DNA from: the human T2T-CHM13v2.0 reference genome, Homo sapiens
DNA length: 64,000 nucleotides
Strand: one strand, 5' to 3'
Assembly (NCBI RefSeq): GCF_009914755.1
Contig: NC_060939.1
Part shown: positions 39,301-53,798 of the stretch, one piece after another
Layout of the letters: the number at the start of each line of letters is the position of its first letter
Position numbering within the stretch: the stretch's first letter is position 1
Made by a program: the position numbers and the translations under genes
Notes under the pieces: generated by a model
What the model was told of the DNA's origin: nothing
The model's database searches: none
The model's input: the letters and a program-made list of their open reading frames with translations, nothing else

Positions 39301-42300
39301 CCAGTCCATTCTTTCGCGTCCATTCCATTCCATTTCACTCCATTCGATTCCATTCCACTCGATTCCACTTCGTTCCATTTCATTGCATTCCATTCTATTC
39401 AACTCTATTGCCTTCCATTCCATTCCATTCGATTACATTCCATGCGATTCCATTCGAAATCGAATCAATTACATTGCAATCCATTACTATTGAGTCCGTT
39501 TTATTCCAGTCCACTGCATTCTGGTCCATTCCATTTGATTCCATTCCATTCTATTCCATTCCATACAGTTGCATTCCATTGGATTCCATGCTATATCTAT
39601 AAATTCAATTCGAGACCATTGCTTTTGAGTCCATTCTATATGATTCCATTCCATTCAAGTCCATTACATTTGGTTAAATTCCATTCCATTCGGTTCAATT
39701 CCATTCCATTCCATTCCCTTCCATTCCATTCCAGTTGATATCAATCCATTCGATTCCATTCCATTCGAGCACATTCCATTCGAGTCCATTCCATTCGATG
39801 CCATTCCATTTGATTCTATTCCATTAGTCTCCATTCAATTCCATTAATCTCCATTCCATTCCATTCTACTCCAACTGATTCCATTCCATTCTATTCCTTT
39901 TTATTCCATTCCATTCCATTCCATTCCATTCCATTCGTGTCCATTCCACTCCAGTCCATTCCATTCGTATCCATTCCATTCCAGTCCATTCCATTTGTGT
40001 CCACTGCATTCCATTCCACTCCATTCCATATTATTCCATTACACTCCATTCCATTCTATTACTTTCATTTCCATTCAATTCCATTCCATTTGATTCCATT
40101 CCACTCGGTTTCATTCTATTTGAGTCCACTCCATTCCATTCCATTCCATTCAGTTCCATTCCATTCTGTTCCATTCCATTCCGTTCCATTACATTGCATT
40201 CCATTCGGTACCATGCCATATTGTTCCATTCGATTCCATTCGAATCCATTCCATTCCAGTCCATTCCATTCGATTCCATTCCATTCATTTCAATTCCATT
40301 CCATTCCATTCCATTACATTCCACTTGATTCCTCTCCATTCCCTTCCACTGCATTCCGTTCGATTCCATTCCATTGCATTGCATTCCATTCCATTGGATT
40401 GCATTCCATTCGATTCCATTCCATTCGAATCAATTAAATAGCAATCCATTACATTCGAGTCTATTCTCTTCCGTTCCATTCGATTTCGTTCCAATCCATT
40501 CGATTCCATTCCATTCGATTCCATTCCATACTATTGCATTCCATTCGATTACATTATATTCGAATAAGTTCCATTCAAGACCATTTCTTTTGAGTCCGTT
40601 CTATTTGAGTCCATTCCCTTTGATTCCATAACATTTGAGTCCATTCAATTCCATTCCTTTCGTTTCCATTCCATTTGATGCCATTCCATTCAATTCTGTT
40701 CTACTCGACTCCAATACATTCAATTCCATTCCATCCGATTCCATTACATTCTTTTCATTTCTTATCCATTTCAAGCCATTCCACTCCATTCCATTCCACT
40801 CGTTTCCTTTCCATTCGAGTCCATTCCTCTCCAGTCCATTCCGTTCAATCCATTCCATTCCAGTCCATTCCATTCGAGTCCGTTCCATTCCAGTCCATTC
40901 CATTCGAGTCAATTCCATTCCATTCGATGTCTTTCCATAACGATCCATTCCATTCTATTCCTTTCGATTCCATTCCATTCTATTTCATTCCATTCGATTC
41001 CCTTCCATTGGACTCCTTTCCATTCGAGTGCATTCCATTCCGTTCCATTTCTTTCCGTTCTGTACGATTCCTACCGTTCGATTTCATTTTCTTCCAGTCC
41101 ATTCTTTCGCGTCCATTCCATTCCATTTCACTCCATTCGATTCCATTCCACTCGATTCCACTTCGTTCCATTTCATTGCATTCCATTCTATTCAACTCTA
41201 TTGCCTTCCATTCCATTCCATTCGATTACATTCCATGCGATTCCATTCGAAATCGAATCAATTACATTGCAATCCATTACTATTGAGTCCGTTTTATTCC
41301 AGTCCACTGCATTCTGGTCCATTCCATTTGATTCCATTCCATTCTATTCCATTCCATACAGTTGCATTCCATTGGATTCCATGCTATATCTATAAATTCA
41401 ATTCGAGACCATTGCTTTTGAGTCCATTCTATATGATTCCATTCCATTCAAGTCCATTACATTTGGTTAAATTCCATTCCATTCGGTTCAATTCCATTCC
41501 ATTCCATTCCCTTCCATTCCATTCCAGTTGATATCAATCCATTCGATTCCATTCCATTCGAGCACATTCCATTCGAGTCCATTCCATTCGATGCCATTCC
41601 ATTTGATTCTATTCCATTAGTCTCCATTCAATTCCATTAATCTCCATTCCATTCCATTCTACTCCAACTGATTCCATTCCATTCTATTCCTTTTTATTCC
41701 ATTCCATTCCATTCCATTCCATTCCATTCGTGTCCATTCCACTCCAGTCCATTCCATTCGTATCCATTCCATTCCAGTCCATTCCATTTGTGTCCACTGC
41801 ATTCCATTCCACTCCATTCCATATTATTCCATTACACTCCATTCCATTCTATTACTTTCATTTCCATTCAATTCCATTCCATTTGATTCCATTCCACTCG
41901 GTTTCATTCTATTTGAGTCCACTCCATTCCATTCCATTCCATTCAGTTCCATTCCATTCTGTTCCATTCCATTCCGTTCCATTACATTGCATTCCATTCG
42001 GTACCATGCCATATTGTTCCATTCGATTCCATTCGAATCCATTCCATTCCAGTCCATTCCATTCGATTCCATTCCATTCATTTCAATTCCATTCCATTCC
42101 ATTCCATTACATTCCACTTGATTCCTCTCCATTCCCTTCCACTGCATTCCGTTCGATTCCATTCCATTGCATTGCATTCCATTCCATTGGATTGCATTCC
42201 ATTCGATTCCATTCCATTCGAATCAATTACATAGCAATCCATTACATTCGAGTCTATTCTCTTCCGTTCCATTCGATTTCGTTCCAATCCATTCGATTCC

Positions 42301-42590
42301 ATTCCATTCGATTCCATTCCATACTATTGCATTCCATTCGATTACATTATATTCGAATAAGTTCCATTCAAGACCATTTCTTTTGAGTCCATTCTATTTG
42401 AGTCCATTCCCTTTGATTCCATAACATTTGAGTCCATTCAATTCCATTCCTTTCGTTTCCATTCCATTTGATGCCATTCCATTCAATTCTGTTCTACTCG
42501 ACTCCAATACATTCAATTCTATTCCATCCGATTCCATTACATTCTTTTCATTTCTTATCCATTTCAAGCCATTCCACTCCATTCCATTCC

Positions 42591-45500
42591 ACTCGTTTCC
42601 TTTCCATTCGAGTCCATTCCTCTCCAGTCCATTCCGTTCAATCCATTCCATTCCAGTCCATTCCATTCGAGTCCGTTCCATTCCAGTCCATTCCATTCGA
42701 GTCAATTCCATTCCATTCGATGTCTTTCCATAACGATCCATTCCATTCTATTCCTTTCGATTCCATTCCATTCTATTTCATTCCATTCGATTCCCTTCCA
42801 TTGGACTCCTTTCCATTCGAGTGCATTCCATTCCGTTCCATTTCTTTCCGTTCTGTACGATTCCTACCGTTCGATTTCATTTTGTTCCAGTCCATTCCTT
42901 TCGCGTCCATTCCATTCCATTTCACTCCATTCGATTCCATTCCACTCGATTCCACTTCGTTCCATTTCATTGCATTCCATTCTATTCAACTCTATTGCCT
43001 TCCATTCCATTCCATTCGATTACATTCCATGCGATTCCATTCGAAATCGAATCAATTACATTGCAAACCATTACTATTGAGTCCGTTTTATTCCAGTCCA
43101 CTGCATTCTGGTCCATTCCATTTGATTCCATTCCATTCTATTCCATTCCATACAGTTGCATTCCATTGGATTCCATGCTATATCTATAAATTCAATTCGA
43201 GACCATTGCTTTTGAGTCCATTCTATATGATTCCATTCCATTCAAGTCCATTACATTTGGTTCAATTCCATTCCATTCCATTCCCTTTCATTCCATTCCA
43301 TTTGATATCAATCCATTCGATTCCATTCCATTCGAGCACATTCCATTCGAGTCCATTCCATTCGATGCCATTCCATTTGATTCTATTCCATTAGTCTCCA
43401 TTCAATTCCATTAATCTCCATTCCATTCCATTCTCCTCCAACTGATTCCATTCCATTCTATTCCTTTCCATTCCATTTCATTCCATTCCATTCCACTCCA
43501 TTCCATTCCATTCCATTCCATTCGTGTCCATTCCACTCCAGTCCATTCCATTCGTGTCCATTCCATTCCAGTCCATTCCATTTGTGTCCACTGCATTCCA
43601 TTCCACTCCATTCCATATTATTCCATTACACTCCATTCCATTCTATTACTTTCATTTCCATTCAATTCCATTCCATTTGATTCCATTCCACTCGGTTTCA
43701 TTCCATTTGAGTTCACTCCATTCCATTCCATTCCATTCCATTCAGTTCCATTCCATTCCGTTCCATTACATTCCATTCCATTCGGTACCATTCCATATTG
43801 TTCCATTCGATTCCATTCGAATCCATTCCATTGCAGTCCATTCCATTCGATTCCATTCCATTCATTTCAATTCCATTCCATTCCATTCCATTCCATTCCA
43901 CTTGATTCCTCTCCATTCCCTTCCACTGCATTCCGTTCGATTCCATTCCATTGCATTGCATTCCATTCCATTGGATTGCATTCCATTCGATTCCATTCCA
44001 TTCGAATCAATTACATAGCAATCCATTACATTCGAGTCTATTCTATTCCGTTCCATTCGATTTCGTTCCAATCCATTCGATTCCATTCCATTCGATTCCA
44101 TTCCATACTATTGCATTCCATTCGATTACATTATATTCGAATAAGTTCCATTCAAGACCATTTCTTTTGAGTCCATTCTATTTGAGTCCATTCCCTTTGA
44201 TTCCATAACATTTGAGTCCATTCAATTCCATTCCTTTCGTTTCCATTCCATTTGATGCCATTCCATTCAATTCTGTTCTACTCGACTCCAATACATTCAA
44301 TTCCATTCCATCCGATTCCATTACATTCTTTTCATTTCTTATCCATTTCAAGCCATTCCACTCCATTCCATTCCACTCGTTTCCTTTCCATTCGAGTCCA
44401 TTCCTCTCCAGTCCATTCCGTTCAATCCATTCCATTCCAGTCCATTCCATTCGAGTCCGTTCCATTCCAGTCCATTCCATTCGAGTCAATTCCATTCCAT
44501 TCGATGTCTTTCCATAACGATCCATTCCATTCTATTCCTTTCGATTCCATTCCATTCTATTTCATTCCATTCGATTCCCTTCCATTGGACTCCTTTCCAT
44601 TCGAGTGCATTCCATTCCGTTCCATTTCTTTCCGTTCTGTACGATTCCTACCGTTCGATTTCATTTTCTTCCAGTCCATTCTTTCGCGTCCATTCCATTC
44701 CATTTCACTCCATTCGATTCCATTCCACTCGATTCCACTTCGTTCCATTTCATTGCATTCCATTCTATTCAACTCTATTGCCTTCCATTCCATTCCATTC
44801 GATTACATTCCATGCGATTCCATTCGAAATCGAATCAATTACATTGCAATCCATTACTATTGAGTCCGTTTTATTCCAGTCCACTGCATTCTGGTCCATT
44901 CCATTTGATTCCATTCCATTCTATTCCATTCCATACAGTTGCATTTCATTGGATTCCATGCTATATCTATAAATTCAATTCGAGACCATTGCTTTTGAGT
45001 CCATTCTATATGATTCCATTCCATTCAAGTCCATTACATTTGGTTAAATTCCATTCCATTCGGTTCAATTCCATTCCATTCCATTCCCTTCCATTCCATT
45101 CCAGTTGATATCAATCCATTCGATTCCATTCCATTCGAGCACATTCCATTCGAGTCCATTCCATTCGATGCCATTCCATTTGATTCTATTCCATTAGTCT
45201 CCATTCAATTCCATTAATCTCCATTCCATTCCATTCTACTCCAACTGATTCCATTCCATTCTATTCCTTTCCATTCCATTTCATTCCATTCCATTCCATT
45301 CCATTCCATTCCATTCCATTCCATTCGTGTCCATTCCACTCCAGTCCATTCCATTCGTATCCATTCCATTCCAGTCCATTCCATTTGTGTCCACTGCATT
45401 CCATTCCACTCCATTCCATATTATTCCATTACACTCCATTCCATTCTATTACTTTCATTTCCATTCAATTCCATTCCATTTGATTCCATTCCACTCGGTT

Positions 45501-48500
45501 TCATTCCATTTGAGTCCACTCCATTCCATTCCATTCCATTCAGTTCCATTCCATTCTGTTCCATTCCATTCCGTTCCATTACATTCCATTCCATTCGGTA
45601 CCATTCCATATTGTTCCATTCGATTCCATTCGAATCCATTCCATTCCAGTCCATTCCATTCGATTCCATTCCATTCATTTCAATTCCATTCCATTCCATT
45701 CCATTACATTCCACTTGATTCCTCTCCATTCCCTTCCACTGCATTCCGTTCGATTCCATTCCATTGCATTGCATTCCATTCCATTGGATTGCATTCCATT
45801 CGATTCCATTCCATTCGAATCAATTACATAGCAATCCATTACATTCGAGTCTATTCTCTTCCGTTCCATTCGATTTCGTTCCAATCCATTCGATTCCATT
45901 CCATTCGATTCCATTCCATACTATTGCATTCCATTCGATTACATTATATTCGAATAAGTTCCATTCAAGACCATTTCTTTTGAGTCCATTCTATTTGAGT
46001 CCATTCCCTTTGATTCCATAACATTTGAGTCCATTCAATTCCATTCCTTTCGTTTCCATTCCATTTGATGCCATTCCATTCAATTCTGTTCTACTCGACT
46101 CCAATACATTCAATTCCATTCCATCCGATTCCATTACATTCTTTTCATTTCTTATCCATTTCAAGCCATTCCACTCCATTCCATTCCACTCGTTTCCTTT
46201 CCATTCGAGTCCATTCCTCTCCAGTCCATTCCGTTCAATCCATTCCATTCCAGTCCATTCCATTCGAGTCCGTTCCATTCCAGTCCATTCCATTCGAGTC
46301 AATTCCATTCCATTCGATGTCTTTCCATAACGATCCATTCCATTCTATTCCTTTCGATTCCATTCCATTCTATTTCATTCCATTCGATTCCCTTCCATTG
46401 GACTCCTTTCCATTCGAGTGCATTCCATTCCGTTCCATTTCTTTCCGTTCTGTACGATTCCTACCGTTCGATTTCATTTTGTTCCAGTCCATTCCTTTCG
46501 CGTCCATTCCATTCCATTTCACTCCATTCGATTCCATTCCACTCGATTCCACTTCGTTCCATTTCATTGCATTCCATTCTATTCAACTCTATTGCCTTCC
46601 ATTCCATTCCATTCGATTACATTCCATGCGATTCCATTCGAAATCGAATCAATTACATTGCAAACCATTACTATTGAGTCCGTTTTATTCCAGTCCACTG
46701 CATTCTGGTCCATTCCATTTGATTCCATTCCATTCTATTCCATTCCATACAGTTGCATTCCATTGGATTCCATGCTATATCTATAAATTCAATTCGAGAC
46801 CATTGCTTTTGAGTCCATTCTATATGATTCCATTCCATTCAAGTCCATTACATTTGGTTCAATTCCATTCCATTCCATTCCCTTTCATTCCATTCCATTT
46901 GATATCAATCCATTCGATTCCATTCCATTCGAGCACATTCCATTCGAGTCCATTCCATTCGATGCCATTCCATTTGATTCTATTCCATTAGTCTCCATTC
47001 AATTCCATTAATCTCCATTCCATTCCATTCTACTCCTACTGATTCCATTCCAATCTATTCCTTTCCATTCCATTTCATTCCATTCCATTCCATTTCATTC
47101 CATTCCATTCCATTCGTGTCCATTCCACTCCAGTCCATTCCATTCGTGTCCATTCCATTCCAGTCCATTCCATTTGTGTCCACTGCATTCCATTCCACTC
47201 CATTCCATATTATTCCATTACACTCCATTCCATTCTATTACTTTCATTTCCATTCAATTCCATTCCATTTGATTCCATTCCACTCGGTTTCATTCCATTT
47301 GAGTCCACTCCATTCCATTCCATTCCATTCAGTTCCATTCCATTCTGTTCCATTCCATTCCGTTCCATTACATTCCATTCCATTCGGTACCATTCCATAT
47401 TGTTCCATTCGATTCCATTCGAATCCATTCCATTCCAGTCCATTCCATTCGATTCCATTCCATTCATTTCAATTCCATTCCATTCCATTCCATTACATTC
47501 CACTTGATTCCTCTCCATTCCCTTCCACTGCATTCCGTTCGATTCCATTCCATTGCATTGCATTCCATTCCATTGGATTGCATTCCATTCGATTCCATTC
47601 CATTCGAATCAATTACATAGCAATCCATTACATTCGAGTCTATTCTCTTCCGTTCCATTCGATTTCGTTCCAATCCATTCGATTCCATTCCATTCGATTC
47701 CATTCCATACTATTGCATTCCATTCGATTACATTATATTCGAATAAGTTCCATTCAAGACCATTTCTTTTGAGTCCATTCTATTTGAGTCCATTCCCTTT
47801 GATTCCATAACATTTGAGTCCATTCAATTCCATTCCTTTCGTTTCCATTCCATTTGATGCCATTCCATTCAATTCTGTTCTACTCGACTCCAATACATTC
47901 AATTCCATTCCATCCGATTCCATTACATTCTTTTCATTTCTTATCCATTTCAAGCCATTCCACTCCATTCCATTCAACTCGTTTCCTTTCCATTCGAGTC
48001 CATTCCTCTCCAGTCCATTCCGTTCAATCCATTCCATTCCAGTCCATTCCATTCGAGTCCGTTCCATTCCAGTCCATTCCATTCGAGTCAATTCCATTCC
48101 ATTCGATGTCTTTCCATAACGATCCATTCCATTCTATTCCTTTCGATTCCATTCCATTCTATTTCATTCCATTCGATTCCCTTCCATTGGACTCCTTTCC
48201 ATTCGAGTGCATTCCATTCCGTTCCATTTCTTTCCGTTCTGTACGATTCCTACCGTTCGATTTCATTTTGTTCCAGTCCATTCCTTTCGCGTCCATTCCA
48301 TTCCATTTCACTCCATTCGATTCCATTCCACTCGATTCCACTTCGTTCCATTTCATTGCATTCCATTCTATTCAACTCTATTGCCTTCCATTCCATTCCA
48401 TTCGATTACATTCCATGCGATTCCATTCGAAATCGAATCAATTACATTGCAAACCATTACTATTGAGTCCGTTTTATTCCAGTCCACTGCATTCTGGTCC

Positions 48501-51500
48501 ATTCCATTTGATTCCATTCCATTCTATTCCATTCCATACAGTTGCATTCCATTGGATTCCATGCTATATCTATAAATTCAATTCGAGACCATTGCTTTTG
48601 AGTCCATTCTATATGATTCCATTCCATTCAAGTCCATTACATTTGGTTCAATTCCATTCCATTCCATTCCCTTTCATTCCATTCCATTTGATATCAATCC
48701 ATTCGATTCCATTCCATTCGAGCACATTCCATTCGAGTCCATTCCATTCGATGCCATTCCATTTGATTCTATTCCATTAGTCTCCATTCAATTCCATTAA
48801 TCTCCATTCCATTCCATTCTCCTCCAACTGATTCCATTCCATTCTATTCCTTTCCATTCCATTTCATTCCATTCCATTCCACTCCATTCCATTCCATTCC
48901 ATTCCATTCGTGTCCATTCCACTCCAGTCCATTCCATTCGTGTCCATTCCATTCCAGTCCATTCCATTTGTGTCCACTGCATTCCATTCCACTCCATTCC
49001 ATATTATTCCATTACACTCCATTCCATTCTATTACTTTCATTTCCATTCAATTCCATTCCATTTGATTCCATTCCACTCGGTTTCATTCCATTTGAGTTC
49101 ACTCCATTCCATTCCATTCCATTCCATTCAGTTCCATTCCATTCCGTTCCATTACATTCCATTCCATTCGGTACCATTCCATATTGTTCCATTCGATTCC
49201 ATTCGAATCCATTCCATTGCAGTCCATTCCATTCGATTCCATTCCATTCATTTCAATTCCATTCCATTCCATTCCATTCCATTCCACTTGATTCCTCTCC
49301 ATTCCCTTCCACTGCATTCCGTTCGATTCCATTCCATTGCATTGCATTCCATTCCATTGGATTGCATTCCATTCGATTCCATTCCATTCGAATCAATTAC
49401 ATAGCAATCCATTACATTCGAGTCTATTCTATTCCGTTCCATTCGATTTCGTTCCAATCCATTCGATTCCATTCCATTCGATTCCATTCCATACTATTGC
49501 ATTCCATTCGATTACATTATATTCGAATAAGTTCCATTCAAGACCATTTCTTTTGAGTCCATTCTATTTGAGTCCATTCCCTTTGATTCCATAACATTTG
49601 AGTCCATTCAATTCCATTCCTTTCGTTTCCATTCCATTTGATGCCATTCCATTCAATTCTGTTCTACTCGACTCCAATACATTCAATTCCATTCCATCCG
49701 ATTCCATTACATTCTTTTCATTTCTTATCCATTTCAAGCCATTCCACTCCATTCCATTCCACTCGTTTCCTTTCCATTCGAGTCCATTCCTCTCCAGTCC
49801 ATTCCGTTCAATCCATTCCATTCCAGTCCATTCCATTCGAGTCCGTTCCATTCCAGTCCATTCCATTCGAGTCAATTCCATTCCATTCGATGTCTTTCCA
49901 TAACGATCCATTCCATTCTATTCCTTTCGATTCCATTCCATTCTATTTCATTCCATTCGATTCCCTTCCATTGGACTCCTTTCCATTCGAGTGCATTCCA
50001 TTCCGTTCCATTTCTTTCCGTTCTGTACGATTCCTACCGTTCGATTTCATTTTCTTCCAGTCCATTCTTTCGCGTCCATTCCATTCCATTTCACTCCATT
50101 CGATTCCATTCCACTCGATTCCACTTCGTTCCATTTCATTGCATTCCATTCTATTCAACTCTATTGCCTTCCATTCCATTCCATTCGATTACATTCCATG
50201 CGATTCCATTCGAAATCGAATCAATTACATTGCAATCCATTACTATTGAGTCCGTTTTATTCCAGTCCACTGCATTCTGGTCCATTCCATTTGATTCCAT
50301 TCCATTCTATTCCATTCCATACAGTTGCATTTCATTGGATTCCATGCTATATCTATAAATTCAATTCGAGACCATTGCTTTTGAGTCCATTCTATATGAT
50401 TCCATTCCATTCAAGTCCATTACATTTGGTTAAATTCCATTCCATTCGGTTCAATTCCATTCCATTCCATTCCCTTCCATTCCATTCCAGTTGATATCAA
50501 TCCATTCGATTCCATTCCATTCGAGCACATTCCATTCGAGTCCATTCCATTCGATGCCATTCCATTTGATTCTATTCCATTAGTCTCCATTCAATTCCAT
50601 TAATCTCCATTCCATTCCATTCTACTCCAACTGATTCCATTCCATTCTATTCCTTTCCATTCCATTTCATTCCATTCCATTCCATTCCATTCCATTCCAT
50701 TCCATTCCATTCGTGTCCATTCCACTCCAGTCCATTCCATTCGTATCCATTCCATTCCAGTCCATTCCATTTGTGTCCACTGCATTCCATTCCACTCCAT
50801 TCCATATTATTCCATTACACTCCATTCCATTCTATTACTTTCATTTCCATTCAATTCCATTCCATTTGATTCCATTCCACTCGGTTTCATTCCATTTGAG
50901 TCCACTCCATTCCATTCCATTCCATTCAGTTCCATTCCATTCTGTTCCATTCCATTCCGTTCCATTACATTCCATTCCATTCGGTACCATTCCATATTGT
51001 TCCATTCGATTCCATTCGAATCCATTCCATTCCAGTCCATTCCATTCGATTCCATTCCATTCATTTCAATTCCATTCCATTCCATTCCATTACATTCCAC
51101 TTGATTCCTCTCCATTCCCTTCCACTGCATTCCGTTCGATTCCATTCCATTGCATTGCATTCCATTCCATTGGATTGCATTCCATTCGATTCCATTCCAT
51201 TCGAATCAATTACATAGCAATCCATTACATTCGAGTCTATTCTCTTCCGTTCCATTCGATTTCGTTCCAATCCATTCGATTCCATTCCATTCGATTCCAT
51301 TCCATACTATTGCATTCCATTCGATTACATTATATTCGAATAAGTTCCATTCAAGACCATTTCTTTTGAGTCCATTCTATTTGAGTCCATTCCCTTTGAT
51401 TCCATAACATTTGAGTCCATTCAATTCCATTCCTTTCGTTTCCATTCCATTTGATGCCATTCCATTCAATTCTGTTCTACTCGACTCCAATACATTCAAT

Positions 51501-53798
51501 TCCATTCCATCCGATTCCATTACATTCTTTTCATTTCTTATCCATTTCAAGCCATTCCACTCCATTCCATTCCACTCGTTTCCTTTCCATTCGAGTCCAT
51601 TCCTCTCCAGTCCATTCCGTTCAATCCATTCCATTCCAGTCCATTCCATTCGAGTCCGTTCCATTCCAGTCCATTCCATTCGAGTCAATTCCATTCCATT
51701 CGATGTCTTTCCATAACGATCCATTCCATTCTATTCCTTTCGATTCCATTCCATTCTATTTCATTCCATTCGATTCCCTTCCATTGGACTCCTTTCCATT
51801 CGAGTGCATTCCATTCCGTTCCATTTCTTTCCGTTCTGTACGATTCCTACCGTTCGATTTCATTTTGTTCCAGTCCATTCCTTTCGCGTCCATTCCATTC
51901 CATTTCACTCCATTCGATTCCATTCCACTCGATTCCACTTCGTTCCATTTCATTGCATTCCATTCTATTCAACTCTATTGCCTTCCATTCCATTCCATTC
52001 GATTACATTCCATGCGATTCCATTCGAAATCGAATCAATTACATTGCAAACCATTACTATTGAGTCCGTTTTATTCCAGTCCACTGCATTCTGGTCCATT
52101 CCATTTGATTCCATTCCATTCTATTCCATTCCATACAGTTGCATTCCATTGGATTCCATGCTATATCTATAAATTCAATTCGAGACCATTGCTTTTGAGT
52201 CCATTCTATATGATTCCATTCCATTCAAGTCCATTACATTTGGTTCAATTCCATTCCATTCCATTCCCTTTCATTCCATTCCATTTGATATCAATCCATT
52301 CGATTCCATTCCATTCGAGCACATTCCATTCGAGTCCATTCCATTCGATGCCATTCCATTTGATTCTATTCCATTAGTCTCCATTCAATTCCATTAATCT
52401 CCATTCCATTCCATTCTACTCCTACTGATTCCATTCCAATCTATTCCTTTCCATTCCATTTCATTCCATTCCATTCCATTTCATTCCATTCCATTCCATT
52501 CGTGTCCATTCCACTCCAGTCCATTCCATTCGTGTCCATTCCATTCCAGTCCATTCCATTTGTGTCCACTGCATTCCATTCCACTCCATTCCATATTATT
52601 CCATTACACTCCATTCCATTCTATTACTTTCATTTCCATTCAATTCCATTCCATTTGATTCCATTCCACTCGGTTTCATTCCATTTGAGTCCACTCCATT
52701 CCATTCCATTCCATTCAGTTCCATTCCATTCTGTTCCATTCCATTCCGTTCCATTACATTCCATTCCATTCGGTACCATTCCATATTGTTCCATTCGATT
52801 CCATTCGAATCCATTCCATTCCAGTCCATTCCATTCGATTCCATTCCATTCATTTCAATTCCATTCCATTCCATTCCATTACATTCCACTTGATTCCTCT
52901 CCATTCCCTTCCACTGCATTCCGTTCGATTCCATTCCATTGCATTGCATTCCATTCCATTGGATTGCATTCCATTCGATTCCATTCCATTCGAATCAATT
53001 ACATAGCAATCCATTACATTCGAGTCTATTCTCTTCCGTTCCATTCGATTTCGTTCCAATCCATTCGATTCCATTCCATTCGATTCCATTCCATACTATT
53101 GCATTCCATTCGATTACATTATATTCGAATAAGTTCCATTCAAGACCATTTCTTTTGAGTCCATTCTATTTGAGTCCATTCCCTTTGATTCCATAACATT
53201 TGAGTCCATTCAATTCCATTCCTTTCGTTTCCATTCCATTTGATGCCATTCCATTCAATTCTGTTCTACTCGACTCCAATACATTCAATTCCATTCCATC
53301 CGATTCCATTACATTCTTTTCATTTCTTATCCATTTCAAGCCATTCCACTCCATTCCATTCAACTCGTTTCCTTTCCATTCGAGTCCATTCCTCTCCAGT
53401 CCATTCCGTTCAATCCATTCCATTCCAGTCCATTCCATTCGAGTCCGTTCCATTCCAGTCCATTCCATTCGAGTCAATTCCATTCCATTCGATGTCTTTC
53501 CATAACGATCCATTCCATTCTATTCCTTTCGATTCCATTCCATTCTATTTCATTCCATTCGATTCCCTTCCATTGGACTCCTTTCCATTCGAGTGCATTC
53601 CATTCCGTTCCATTTCTTTCCGTTCTGTACGATTCCTACCGTTCGATTTCATTTTGTTCCAGTCCATTCCTTTCGCGTCCATTCCATTCCATTTCACTCC
53701 ATTCGATTCCATTCCACTCGATTCCACTTCGTTCCATTTCATTGCATTCCATTCTATTCAACTCTATTGCCTTCCATTCCATTCCATTCGATTACATT
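42591..53798 (+). repeat. Tandem duplication of a 3-unit (5386 bp) higher-order repeat
   Basis: Unit spacings 1784+1813+1789 occur twice in succession. Rare SNVs recur exactly 5386 bp apart, e.g. cattcAactcg at 47976/53362 and ttctCctccaactg at ~43435/48821. Confidence 0.9.
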
